Shown here: positions 17,943 through 27,800 of the stretch, piece by piece
Layout: each line of letters opens with the position of its first letter
How positions within the stretch are numbered: position 1 is the stretch's first letter
Notes under the pieces: generated by a model
The model's database searches: none
What the model saw: the letters and a program-made list of their open reading frames with translations, nothing else
What the model was told of the DNA's origin: nothing
NCBI GenBank assembly: GCA_964572255.1
Contig: CAZNEE010000002.1
Location: 36,103-100,102 of the forward strand
Source of the DNA: an uncultured Planctomycetia bacterium
Lineage (GTDB): Bacteria; Omnitrophota; Gorgyraeia; Tantalellales; Tantalellaceae
Length of the DNA stretch: 64,000 nt
Direction of reading: 5' to 3'
Translations under genes and position numbers: made by a program

Positions 17943-20900
17943 TTATGCCATTATCAGCGTTGCTGCGACTTTGTCATATTCGGGCAGTTCATGCGGTTGG
18001 GCGGGCCTGTATGAGAGGATGCCTTTAATAAGGAGTGTAATATTATTATTAATTATCGCTTTGATATAAGATTCTACCGAAACATCATCCAAATTAAAAT
18101 GTGATCTCAGATAAAAATTCAAAAGGCTGTATATAGGAGAATCCAGCGGCGTGTCTTCATTTATATGTCTGGTCAAGAGCATTATCACATAAGTATTTAA
18201 TTGAAAGCTGTCTCGTTCTTGTTTATTCCCGGTTCTTTCGTTTAAAAGAGAATCCGTATCCACCCTCAAAAATCTGACGCCTGCTTTTGTCAGCCTCCCC
18301 AGCTGCTCTTCAGGCATTTTATTAGAAACAAGCGTGATCGTGCGGTTTTCTATATCCTTAGCTTTAGCAAGAACTTTATCAACAAACTGTCCGTGGGTTT
18401 CTGCGCTTATACTATCAAGATTAAACCTGTCAGCATACTCTACTTTATGTTTTTCAAGTTCTCCGTTAGCGAAAAATTCAGAGGTCATAAGAAACGTATA
18501 CTTTGTATCCGGATGCGTGGGTATTATTTCTTTCCCTGCCTGATCAGCATTGTCCATATTACGCTGGACCATGATCACTTTTCTAAGCCATAATAGGTTC
18601 TCGATGTTATTTCCAGAAGTCTCATCCTTTTGCATTCTGAGCTCATTTTCGTTAATATTAATGAAATTATCTATTATGCTCAACGCTTCCCGATACTTGC
18701 CTCTGTCCGCAAGGATTTTTGGTTTTTTTGCAAAAAAATCACGCACATGATCCAATGGGCTCTGCATGACTTCCATCGAATATCCGCTGGTCAGAAGAAA
18801 ACCATATTTTGCTCCGAAAATTTTTGTTTCGATATGATCTACAAATGTAATGTCTCCCTCCCTGAGCTCCTCAATGGTTTTACTGTCCATTAATTGTGCG
18901 ATCAGAACTAAACTGAAAAATTGAGGATCGGTAAGCATTTTTTTCTGCAGCTGGATCATGCTATTAGGTAAAGCTATTAATTCATCGAATAGGTCCCGCA
19001 CGTATTCATAATCATCCCCGGCATAGATCCTCGCGCAACATATCGTTTCAATGTGTGTTGCCGAACTGATACCGATACCTTCCTTTATCCTTTGATCGTC
19101 TATCTCCATGATCTCGAAAAGAACCTTTTGCACCTCTTCATCAAAATCTGAAAGGCCTTTACCGGTGATCAATCTATAATATTCTGTTACCTTCCGGTCC
19201 AGTCTTTTTAAGATATCATTTCGTTCCATTTCATCAGTCTTTACGGCTTTGCTGTTAGCCAGATTTCTTCCTAAAATAACGAATTCCCGCGTTCTTAAGA
19301 ATTCCTCCCTTCGTTCTTTCTTGGATGTTATGATCTTTTTCATCAGTTGCAACCCCTTCATATGGCCCTGTGCATACAAAAGGGTCGCCTCAACCGGATC
19401 GGTATCATATTCACACTGTATTACTTTTTCGCAATTATCCAATATCTCCAAAGCCTTTTCATATTTACCCTCGTTATTATGCAACGCCGTGATCTCCATG
19501 ATAAAATCCAAAGCCACTCTTTTGAATCCCGAGAACGCATCCCCGCTTTTTTCAGAAACTTCATTCACGCTGAATTCGGGGTTCAAAAGTGAATCAGCAT
19601 AGAATTTGAAAAATGATTTTTTGCCGCCCGATTCCATGAACCTCCTCACGCTTTCCGGATCCATCAATCTGGCTATGAAATATATCAAGAGGTGCTCGGT
19701 ACTGCTGAGTATACTTTCAGCAAAACGGCTGCTCCTGTCGCTGTTTGATACCCTCTTATACAAATCAATTACCCGCCTGTGATCCCTTTTGCCGAACAGC
19801 AGGGAAACGCAAACTCTGCGAAATGTTTTCTCGGAGCCCAAAGCGATCATGCCATCCGCTAAACGCTCAAGCCCATACGCATTGACCGCTTGTAAGATCT
19901 GTCCGTATGCTGCCCGGGCTTCTTCGCCCGTAGCGACATGGACTTTTTCGCCGGTCTCATCCCAAATCTCATTTATCCTTCTTTCAAGCGCTTCGATCTC
20001 TCCCTCAGCATCGATCTTATCCTCTTCCCGACCTGTCTCAGGGAGTTCTTTAGGAATACTGCTTTTCAGAAGAAATGTAAACTCTGTTTCTCTTTCTTCC
20101 AAGGTCTTTCTTTGAGGGGCCCCCTCCTCAAGCGACCCCAGATCATTCCGGATGTATGCTATGTTCGCTTTGGCCATGCCCTCCGCCAAAGAATATTGGC
20201 CGACAGAGATGTAGTGCTCGATAAAACGCTTTTGAATATCCAGCAGGTCATCGTAAATGCTATTAATAAAAGACATCAGTTCCGGTCCCAAGAGACCCTT
20301 CTGGAACTCATCTCCCCCATCATGGATGCTTTTGAATAAATACTGCGGCAATGTAACATTTTGTCCTTTCATGCCCTCCACTGTGGCCGGGTCTATCATT
20401 TTGGCTATAAAATAAATCGCTAAAAATTCGCGCTTCGCATCGAACAAGAGATAGTTGCGGAAAAAACTTTCTGCCGGCAGATCTTTCCGGGACTTAAAAA
20501 ATTGCAGGATCTCTTCAAAATCCCTATCGCCAAAAAGTCTTGAATAAAGAAGCATGATGTGGCTCTGTTGCCCCACTGACAAATTCTCTTCATCGTATAT
20601 TTTCCTGAGCATGTTCGTCCGCCTGAACGCTATCTGTGATTTCTCACTGAAAGGATCGCTGTAATCAATAAACTCGTAATCATACATCCACGCATTGAAC
20701 AACAATCTTTCAAATCCGTGCTGATCCACTTCTTTCGCCAATTTATATCTATGGCTCTTTTCACTTTTATCCACTTTCAAATATCCTTCTTCCGCCAGCT
20801 GTTTCAGATCCCTTCTTGTCTGTGAATCCGGATGTTTTTCAGGCAAGGGAGCAAAGCCGAGTAATTCTTTTGCCCCATCATAGGCCTTATGGTATTCATC

Positions 20901-22988
20901 TATAGTAAATCCGCTTTCTTTACTTTTGTTATGCAGCGTTTCATCCGTCAAGATCAGCATCAAAGCGTCTTCTGCGCTTCTGCCGGGCTTTGTCCTTCCG
21001 TCTTTTTTCCCGGCCAGTTTTGCCGCTGTTTCCCTCCTCTTTATAGAACGGATATAACCTACAACCTGCCTGCCCTTCACACGTGTGGGCGATATGTCGC
21101 TTATGGTTCTTACAAATTCTTCATAATGTGCCGCCCATGATATCTTATCTTTGCCTGTACCTACATTCACGATCGCTCTAAAAGCGGCTTCCGTTTCCCC
21201 TTTTGCGCCCTCCGCTATCATCCGCAATAACTCGAGATCCAGCATTTTGGGGTCAATTTTTCCGTTCTTTACCGCATTGGCGATTTGTTTTAACTCTTCA
21301 TAAGGAGACCTTATCACAACCTCGTAACTCCCGCCGTCAAGGCTTCCTACCCAATCTTTATTTACCTTTAAACCCTTTTTTCTGATCGCTTTAAAAAGTT
21401 CCGTTATCTTTTGCACTGAATACCTATCAATAGAAGCCGCTTCGATGAACGCAATTAACGCATCTTTCTTCGCATTCTTAAGCCCTTCTATTTCTTTTGA
21501 TAAATGATCCCCGAATGATGACCATAAATATGTTCTAAAGAGCTCCATCTTGCGCCTGGCGACAAGTCCAAAGACCCAAGGTGCCGTTGTGGATTCTTCA
21601 ATAAGTCCTATAATCTGATCGAAATTCTTTAGCCCTATAAGCTTTTTATCCAATAAAACCTGCAGCATGGGGATAATATCTCCATCAACACTGCACTTAT
21701 TTTTTTGAGCGATCTCTTCCAAGCCAAAATCAACAGCGCTTTGAGCCCTCCCGATTATTTTCGCCACACGTTCCGTGATCTCTTCCTTTCCGTCCCCTTC
21801 CGCATAATCGCGTGTCAGAAGATTTGTATCCAAGTTTTGAATAGAGTATTTCTTAGGGTGTAAAACAGGCCTTTCTGTGCCGTCCAATAGTTCGTTTATT
21901 AATCCGGGGGTCCTTTCAGGTCCTACAGCGCTAAGGTAACGTTCATAAATTTCATTAACGGGATCCCCGGCACCTTCGCTAAATCTCAAAACTGGACAAC
22001 CTAACATAACTCCGATTTCATGAGAAAGCTTATCTTTTATTCGATCTTTTTCCAGGCGAGCGAAGGCAAGATTATTTGTCAGGCTGTTTATTACAGCTGC
22101 TGATAGGAAAATATGCACCGCATTATTGCTTGAATGATACAAGGGTGTGATTTGCCTTTCCTCTCCGTTCTCTGCGATAACCAAGACCGGAACTTTCCTG
22201 AGTTTTATTTCCACTTCTTCAGTAATCGGCACAATGAAACATTTTCTTTCTTCGAGCGGAATCTGCCCGTTATTATTTATCCCTATCTTAGCTTTTTCAA
22301 TGATATCTCTAACCATTGCCGGATAATCAAATCCAAGCTCATTTGGGGAATATATTGTTATGTCTTCCGACTCATGTGCCCACCTTATGATCGCATCGAT
22401 GCCTTCTTCATGCTGGATATATCTATTAATAGCTTTTTCATCTTTTTCCTGTCTTTCCGGAAGTGTTTTCGTAAGCCGATTATTGTTTTCATATTCCTGC
22501 TCGGTATAAATGCCTTTTAATTTAAAAGCTCCTTCTTCATCTTGCTTCAGTGAAAATACCGCATAATATGTGCGTGTGCCGTGCTCATCCTTTATCCTGC
22601 ACATAAGGCGGATTCCTTCGTCGACAGGCTTTGCTTCCTTATAGAAAAATTGGATATCCGCGGGTTGGTATATTGTCTGTTCTTTTATTATTCGCTTTTC
22701 GATGATATCTTCAAGGGCGGAAAATTGGACTATCGATCCCTCATGGTTTATCAACTTCTCTTGGTTCGTTGAGAAGAACTCTCGTAGTTGGGCTTCGAGC
22801 GCTATTTTTATTCTTCCGATATCCTTGTGCTCGATACCCAGAAGATCATTGCACACAGATGCCGTAGAAAGATCATTCTCTGAAATCGAGTTATTAAAGG
22901 GTACGCCGTAAGAGATGTCAAAAATTGTTGTATTCAGAAAAAAGCAGAATATGAGAATTGCACGGCTTACTCTGCGTCTAAAGCTCAT
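17943..22988 (-). CDS. Giant secreted protein (1681 aa) of unknown function, with at least three ~200-aa internal repeats.
   Basis: Uninterrupted 5-kb ORF. N-terminal signal peptide. Repeats carry L(L/I)YFIA(K/R)(L/M)(M/I)DP and GKY(E/R)(K/E)AL(E/S)I(L/I)DN motifs. AT-rich relative to its flanks. I recognised no catalytic motif (no HExxH). Confidence 0.7.
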   Translation of the reverse strand: MSFRRRVSRAILIFCFFLNTTIFDISYGVPFNNSISENDLSTASVCNDLLGIEHKDIGRIKIALEAQLREFFSTNQEKLINHEGSIVQFSALEDIIEKRIIKEQTIYQPADIQFFYKEAKPVDEGIRLMCRIKDEHGTRTYYAVFSLKQDEEGAFKLKGIYTEQEYENNNRLTKTLPERQEKDEKAINRYIQHEEGIDAIIRWAHESEDITIYSPNELGFDYPAMVRDIIEKAKIGINNNGQIPLEERKCFIVPITEEVEIKLRKVPVLVIAENGEERQITPLYHSSNNAVHIFLSAAVINSLTNNLAFARLEKDRIKDKLSHEIGVMLGCPVLRFSEGAGDPVNEIYERYLSAVGPERTPGLINELLDGTERPVLHPKKYSIQNLDTNLLTRDYAEGDGKEEITERVAKIIGRAQSAVDFGLEEIAQKNKCSVDGDIIPMLQVLLDKKLIGLKNFDQIIGLIEESTTAPWVFGLVARRKMELFRTYLWSSFGDHLSKEIEGLKNAKKDALIAFIEAASIDRYSVQKITELFKAIRKKGLKVNKDWVGSLDGGSYEVVIRSPYEELKQIANAVKNGKIDPKMLDLELLRMIAEGAKGETEAAFRAIVNVGTGKDKISWAAHYEEFVRTISDISPTRVKGRQVVGYIRSIKRRETAAKLAGKKDGRTKPGRSAEDALMLILTDETLHNKSKESGFTIDEYHKAYDGAKELLGFAPLPEKHPDSQTRRDLKQLAEEGYLKVDKSEKSHRYKLAKEVDQHGFERLLFNAWMYDYEFIDYSDPFSEKSQIAFRRTNMLRKIYDEENLSVGQQSHIMLLYSRLFGDRDFEEILQFFKSRKDLPAESFFRNYLLFDAKREFLAIYFIAKMIDPATVEGMKGQNVTLPQYLFKSIHDGGDEFQKGLLGPELMSFINSIYDDLLDIQKRFIEHYISVGQYSLAEGMAKANIAYIRNDLGSLEEGAPQRKTLEERETEFTFLLKSSIPKELPETGREEDKIDAEGEIEALERRINEIWDETGEKVHVATGEEARAAYGQILQAVNAYGLERLADGMIALGSEKTFRRVCVSLLFGKRDHRRVIDLYKRVSNSDRSSRFAESILSSTEHLLIYFIARLMDPESVRRFMESGGKKSFFKFYADSLLNPEFSVNEVSEKSGDAFSGFKRVALDFIMEITALHNNEGKYEKALEILDNCEKVIQCEYDTDPVEATLLYAQGHMKGLQLMKKIITSKKERREEFLRTREFVILGRNLANSKAVKTDEMERNDILKRLDRKVTEYYRLITGKGLSDFDEEVQKVLFEIMEIDDQRIKEGIGISSATHIETICCARIYAGDDYEYVRDLFDELIALPNSMIQLQKKMLTDPQFFSLVLIAQLMDSKTIEELREGDITFVDHIETKIFGAKYGFLLTSGYSMEVMQSPLDHVRDFFAKKPKILADRGKYREALSIIDNFININENELRMQKDETSGNNIENLLWLRKVIMVQRNMDNADQAGKEIIPTHPDTKYTFLMTSEFFANGELEKHKVEYADRFNLDSISAETHGQFVDKVLAKAKDIENRTITLVSNKMPEEQLGRLTKAGVRFLRVDTDSLLNERTGNKQERDSFQLNTYVIMLLTRHINEDTPLDSPIYSLLNFYLRSHFNLDDVSVESYIKAIINNNITLLIKGILSYRPAQPHELPEYDKVAATLIMA

Positions 22989-23154
22989 TAAAATTCACCT
23001 ACTCGAGTTAGTTAACATGATAAGTTAATTAGAAGTTAAATAATAAAAAACGTAGTTATTGTAATATATATGCGCTGTTATGTCAACAAAAATTTATATT
23101 TTTAATAGAAAAATCTATATGCCATTTATTTAAAATAGTTTAGGATGTTAGGTT

Positions 23155-23646
23155 TTATTTCTTTTGAAAATAATGGAGGAGCGTTTCGTCGGTTTGATGT
23201 AATCTGCGGCAGGCCTCCCTTGCGATATTAAGGATCAATATCGCAAAGAGATCCTTGTCTGAATCATATATTGAAAGGAGTACGTCCCGCGATAGAACAA
23301 TTAATTCTGTATCTTCAACAGCTATTGCGTTAGCTGAATGCGGCTGGATCCCGATCACGGATGTTTCTCCGAAACAATGCCCGAGGCCGAATTCCACCAT
23401 CTCATATGGTCCATCAGGCGTATCAGCGACTATTTTGACCTTCCCGTACCGCACGATATAAATATGGCTGGGCTCGTCCCCTTCCTTAAATATATATTCG
23501 CCTGCCTTATAATAAACCTTTCTCAGCAATTTAAAGATATCGTACAGCTTTTTGTCAGGAAGTCCTCCGAATATCGATATTTCATTTAAGATCGGCAGGA
23601 CATCTTCTTCGTTCACAAGCGGGAGGTATTCTTTCTGGTCACTCAT
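23155..23646 (-). CDS. Stand-alone cyclic-nucleotide-binding (cNMP/CAP effector) domain protein.
   Basis: GEYIFKEGDEPSHIYIVRYGKVKI ... FGETSVIG beta-roll with no HTH. 163 aa. Confidence 0.75.
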   Translation of the reverse strand: MSDQKEYLPLVNEEDVLPILNEISIFGGLPDKKLYDIFKLLRKVYYKAGEYIFKEGDEPSHIYIVRYGKVKIVADTPDGPYEMVEFGLGHCFGETSVIGIQPHSANAIAVEDTELIVLSRDVLLSIYDSDKDLFAILILNIAREACRRLHQTDETLLHYFQKK

Positions 23647-23667
23647 ACTATTCCTTGATTTCGCGCA

Positions 23668-24375
23668 TCAAAAAAGAACTTTTGCTTTGATGCCCATAAC
23701 GTTATAGTCTGTCCATTTATCAACTTTTGCCTTGCTGGCCTGCCAAAGATAAAAAACATCCACGTTGAGATGCCTGAATATTTTTGATGTCAAGCCGGCA
23801 TAAAGCCGGTTTCTATTTATTTTTTCACCGTAAAAATCCAAAAATATTTCATCCGCCACATACGGCTGGATCTTATAGTCCGTCCATTTCCATGGAAATT
23901 TAACCGTTAGCTTATCTCTGTACCGCCATTCGTCATCCTTATTTTCGCGCATACGATATTCCAGGCGGCTCCTGTTGCTGAGATCAAGGTCATACAATTT
24001 CCATTTCACTGTCGCATTAGCGTGTGGCCTGTTCTCTTCCTTCCATTCATCTTCTTTCTTTTCGTAAACCTGACGATAATTCAAACCGAAATGAAGGCCA
24101 TCCGTTACCTTGAGATCCAGTCCGCCATCCGTATGCGTATAATATATTTCCGAAATATTATCTCCAAACCTTAATTCTTCTTCGACCCCGATCTTCCAAC
24201 GGTCATTTAATTTTATTTCGATGCCATCGGTATTCCAAAGCTGCCAGTCACCGTCATTGAAGGAATAACAATCATAAGATAGGATAAAAACGGTTGCAAT
24301 TAAACCGACGAATAAAACACTTTTCTTCACTGACCCCACTTTCTTCTTTCTTGTTTTATTTGTTAACTTTCCCAA
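23668..24375 (-). CDS. Putative outer-membrane beta-barrel protein, DUF2490-like.
   Basis: Signal/anchor region, a W/Y-rich alternating pattern (WQLWNTDGIEIKL...EEELRFGD), and a C-terminal aromatic residue (F). Confidence 0.45.
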   Translation of the reverse strand: MGKLTNKTRKKKVGSVKKSVLFVGLIATVFILSYDCYSFNDGDWQLWNTDGIEIKLNDRWKIGVEEELRFGDNISEIYYTHTDGGLDLKVTDGLHFGLNYRQVYEKKEDEWKEENRPHANATVKWKLYDLDLSNRSRLEYRMRENKDDEWRYRDKLTVKFPWKWTDYKIQPYVADEIFLDFYGEKINRNRLYAGLTSKIFRHLNVDVFYLWQASKAKVDKWTDYNVMGIKAKVLF

Positions 24376-24830
24376 TCGAATCCTATGCTTTCAGAATCAT
24401 GCGGTATCCGGCCTTCATCAGGATTTTTCGGATCATAGCTTTCGGTGGTATGATAAAACAAACAAACGGGCTTGTCACCAAGCACTTTGTATCCATGAGC
24501 GACCATTTTGGGAATATAAATAAGCATGGGATCATCTCCTCCGGCGATGATCATTTGAATATTTCCTTTTGTTTCTGAATCGTCCCGCATGTCATATAAA
24601 ACCACTTGCGCTTCGCCTTTAGCGACAAACCACATATCATCTTGCTTCTTATGGTAGTGGAAGGCTTTAATAATTCCCGGTTTTGTCTCGGTGTAAGATG
24701 TTTGTTTTACACACTTGAAGAACGGATCGTTCTCTTTGAGGATCTCGGCAAAAAATCCCCGGTCATCATTGTGCTTTACTATTTTTTTTATTTGCACACC
24801 TTTGATCATTTTGCTCTCTATTGCTGTCAT
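24363..24830 (-). CDS. RmlC-like cupin (dTDP-sugar 3,5-epimerase / 3,4-ketoisomerase fold).
   Basis: DDRGFF, FHYHKKQDDMWFV and VAHGY motifs typical of the RmlC/FdtA cupin family. 155 aa. Confidence 0.7.
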   Translation of the reverse strand: MTAIESKMIKGVQIKKIVKHNDDRGFFAEILKENDPFFKCVKQTSYTETKPGIIKAFHYHKKQDDMWFVAKGEAQVVLYDMRDDSETKGNIQMIIAGGDDPMLIYIPKMVAHGYKVLGDKPVCLFYHTTESYDPKNPDEGRIPHDSESIGFDWES

Positions 24831-24888
24831 TATGACTCCCTCTTTTTTTATTCAGTGAAGAAACTTTATCCTGTAGCGTTCCCACACT

Positions 24889-26370
24889 CTACGCGATCGG
24901 CAATGAAAACGAAAAAGTGCTGCCTTTTCCGTATTCAGACTTTACCCAGATCTTCCCGCCGTGGCTCTGTATAATGCTATTGGATATGGCGAGGCCCAAT
25001 CCGGTGCCCCCGAATTTTCCCGACTTCGCTTCGCCCAGCTGCGTAAAACTCTTAAATAGATGCGGAATATCTTCTTCCCTTATACCCGGACCGGTATCCT
25101 CAACGGAAACCACGACACCGCCAACGGTCTTCTCGGTCGTAACAGTGACACTCCCTTTATCGGTAAATTTTATGGCATTATTGACCAGATTCATAAGTAC
25201 TTGAACAATTCTGTCCGCATCAAATCTGATCTGAGGCAGATCTTCGGCAAGATCTATCTTGAGTTCCAATCCTTTATCCTGAGCCAGGATCACCAGTTCA
25301 GATTCCAACTCTCTAACTAAACTGTTCACATCTCCCGTTTTCATGTCATATTCCATTTTCCCGGCTGATAATTTCTGGTAATCAAGGATATCGTCTATTA
25401 AACTTCCTAACCGGTTAATGTTCCTTTTTGTGATATCCAATGTTCTTCCATGTTTCTGCTTTATAGCTTCTTCCATGTTAGCTTCCATTACATACATCCC
25501 CTCCCTTATGATAGCAAGAGGCGTACGCAATTCATGGGAGACCATGCTGACAAATTCATCTTTGAGTCTTTCGATCCTTTTTCGTTCTGTAATATCTCTT
25601 ATTACCGCTCTTGCAGCGACTATTTCCTTCCCCTCTTCCTGCGGGACAGCATTTACTTCGACCATGATCTTTTCGCCGGTTCTTGTGATAAAAGCTGTTT
25701 CGTAAGCCCTGATCTCTTGCCCGGATAAAACTTTTTCCAGCGCGCTTTTTGTTTCCTTCCTGTAATCAGGATGAAGGATATCTAATAGTGGCTTACCGAT
25801 ATACTCTTCTCTCGAAAATCCCATTGTTTCAAGTTCGGTTTGATTGGCATCGACTATTCTTCCTTCTTTATCCACTATATGTATCATGTCCAGGGCATCG
25901 TCAAAAAGACTCCGGTATTTTGTTTCATTTTTTCTCAGCTCTTTTATTGTCACTTTTACAAGACGATTATACGCTTTTACCCTTTCCATCGCCTTTCTGC
26001 GCCTGGTAATATCCTGAAATATCTCCAGCACGGCTTTCCTGCCGCTATAGATCATGCCGGTATGGGTGATCTGGAATGTCCTGCCCCCGCAGACATGTTC
26101 CACCTCAATAGTCTCCGTCCTGTCAAATTTAATGCCTTTTTTTAACGGGCAATTCGAACATTGCTCCTTGTTGTCCTTATACAATTCCCAGCATTTTTTG
26201 CCTACAGCTTCCTCTCCGTATATTTCCTGCAGTTTATCATTAACGAAAAGGATCGTGCCTTTTTCATCCACGATCTCCATGCCGAAAGGAATGGTCTTTA
26301 GAAGGGTTTGACAGAATTGATCTTGAATAAGATCCTTTTGGGGATTATTCCCTTTATCTTTCTTCTTCAT
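24889..26370 (-). CDS. PAS-domain sensor histidine kinase.
   Basis: Two PAS-like regions. H-box SHELRTPL. HATPase_c G-boxes (NAIKFT, GTGLGLAI). Confidence 0.85.
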   Translation of the reverse strand: MKKKDKGNNPQKDLIQDQFCQTLLKTIPFGMEIVDEKGTILFVNDKLQEIYGEEAVGKKCWELYKDNKEQCSNCPLKKGIKFDRTETIEVEHVCGGRTFQITHTGMIYSGRKAVLEIFQDITRRRKAMERVKAYNRLVKVTIKELRKNETKYRSLFDDALDMIHIVDKEGRIVDANQTELETMGFSREEYIGKPLLDILHPDYRKETKSALEKVLSGQEIRAYETAFITRTGEKIMVEVNAVPQEEGKEIVAARAVIRDITERKRIERLKDEFVSMVSHELRTPLAIIREGMYVMEANMEEAIKQKHGRTLDITKRNINRLGSLIDDILDYQKLSAGKMEYDMKTGDVNSLVRELESELVILAQDKGLELKIDLAEDLPQIRFDADRIVQVLMNLVNNAIKFTDKGSVTVTTEKTVGGVVVSVEDTGPGIREEDIPHLFKSFTQLGEAKSGKFGGTGLGLAISNSIIQSHGGKIWVKSEYGKGSTFSFSLPIA

Positions 26371-26392
26371 ATTTTAATGTGAGATCAGTGCC

Positions 26393-26644
26393 CTATTCTA
26401 CCCGATATACTACATCGTGAGTATGGACTTTACCTTTGACCTTGATGCCTACATCATCGCCCTTCTTTGCCTCTGTAACGTTTTCATGCTCGATCTGTAT
26501 GGAATCAACAACCTGAGTAAAATCATCCGAATGGCCTTTGATGTGGATATTGTCACCTACCTTCAGTTTGCCCGAAAGCTTTATTATGCCTACGTTTATC
26601 TTCCCGAAATAATGTATTATCTTCCCTATTTCTTTTTCCGGCAT
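26393..26644 (-). CDS. Small beta-barrel protein resembling translation-factor domain 2 (EF-Tu D2-like).
   Basis: GIIKLSGKLKVGDNIHIKG ... GDDVGIKVKGK pattern. A GGGGGG Shine-Dalgarno precedes the internal Met (MPEKE), so the start is placed there. Confidence 0.4.
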   Translation of the reverse strand: MPEKEIGKIIHYFGKINVGIIKLSGKLKVGDNIHIKGHSDDFTQVVDSIQIEHENVTEAKKGDDVGIKVKGKVHTHDVVYRVE

Positions 26645-26654
26645 TTTACACCCC

Positions 26655-27143
26655 CTATTTAGTAGGTTTCGTCTGTTCTTCCTCGATCTTTTCAAGTTCT
26701 TCTTTTACCGCTTGCATGGTTTCCATCGTTTTGTCTAATTTAGCGTTGATATCCTTGATCCACTTGGTTTCCTCTTCCGGAGAAGGTTCTTCGCCTTCTT
26801 TTCTCAAAGCCGCTCTTATCTTCCTCCATATCCTGACGGCCGTTGAAACTTTTTTACTCATATCCTCTTTCAGGTCTTTCTCGCCCGGAGCGCCGGTAAC
26901 TTTGCCGTTATCGGTCACTTTGACATCTTTAAGCTCTTCTTTTACAACTTCAAGCACCTTGATGGTTTTATCAAGCTTCTCTGACATATCTTCACCCCAT
27001 TCAGCGTCTTTGGTGGTATAAGCACCTTGGGTTTGCTGAATTTTCTGAGCGAGAATTTCGGAACTGGCGCAAAAAAGAACCAGACAAAAACCCATAACAA
27101 AGATCACTAACGAGCGTAACGGTTTCACTGGTGAAACTAACAT
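26655..27143 (-). CDS. Secreted coiled-coil protein with an internal duplicated ~25-aa segment.
   Basis: AAGGAGGA Shine-Dalgarno before the ATG at 27143. Signal peptide. Repeats (M/I)SEKLDKTIKVLEVVKEELKDVK and INAKLDKTMETMQAVKEELEKIEE. Confidence 0.45.
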   Translation of the reverse strand: MLVSPVKPLRSLVIFVMGFCLVLFCASSEILAQKIQQTQGAYTTKDAEWGEDMSEKLDKTIKVLEVVKEELKDVKVTDNGKVTGAPGEKDLKEDMSKKVSTAVRIWRKIRAALRKEGEEPSPEEETKWIKDINAKLDKTMETMQAVKEELEKIEEEQTKPTK

Positions 27144-27153
27144 TTTTCCTCCT

Positions 27154-27765
27154 TTATCCCGGTTGCTGAGGGGTTTCCTCTCCTCCCTTAAAAACAAATT
27201 TAAACACCTTTTTCAGGAATCTGAACATGACACGCAAAAACCAGATCGAAAAAACAATAAACGATATGACAATAACCGCGGCAATAACAGGGTGCTTGGC
27301 TATAAGCCACAGCGCAGCTATTACCAATCCGTCTTCAGTCACACTGGCTATAGAATTCGTGAACGGCTCAGGAGAAGCATTTATAGCAACCCTTGTTGTG
27401 GCTTTTGTAAGGTGAGCGTCCATGGATACAAAACCGCAAAGAAGCGCTATAGATGTCTGTGCTGCCGGGCTCATGCCGGACATTGCCATATACCCCATCA
27501 CTGTCGCCCCTGCAGGCCTGATAACCGTATGGAAAGAATCCCATAAATTATCGACATACGGGATTTTATCCGCGAAAAATTCAACCCCATAGAGAAGTAC
27601 GGCAGCAGCTATTATCATGGGATTACTAAGAGTATCCAGGCTGCCGGGTAAATTTATTACCCCCACTCTATCTGCTATGCCAAGGCCGGCGACCGTAAGG
27701 TAAAGGTTGACGCCAGATGCCCATGATCCCCCAAGCAACATGCCAAGATTCTGCAAAACGTCCAT
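27154..27765 (-). CDS. Integral membrane protein, DUF4126-like.
   Basis: 203 aa, about 4-5 TM helices, and a glycine-rich N-terminus (LGMLLGGSWASGVNLYLTVAGLG). Confidence 0.45.
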   Translation of the reverse strand: MDVLQNLGMLLGGSWASGVNLYLTVAGLGIADRVGVINLPGSLDTLSNPMIIAAAVLLYGVEFFADKIPYVDNLWDSFHTVIRPAGATVMGYMAMSGMSPAAQTSIALLCGFVSMDAHLTKATTRVAINASPEPFTNSIASVTEDGLVIAALWLIAKHPVIAAVIVISFIVFSIWFLRVMFRFLKKVFKFVFKGGEETPQQPG

Positions 27766-27800
27766 AACAACACCTCAAGCAAAAAGTGTAATATTTAAAC

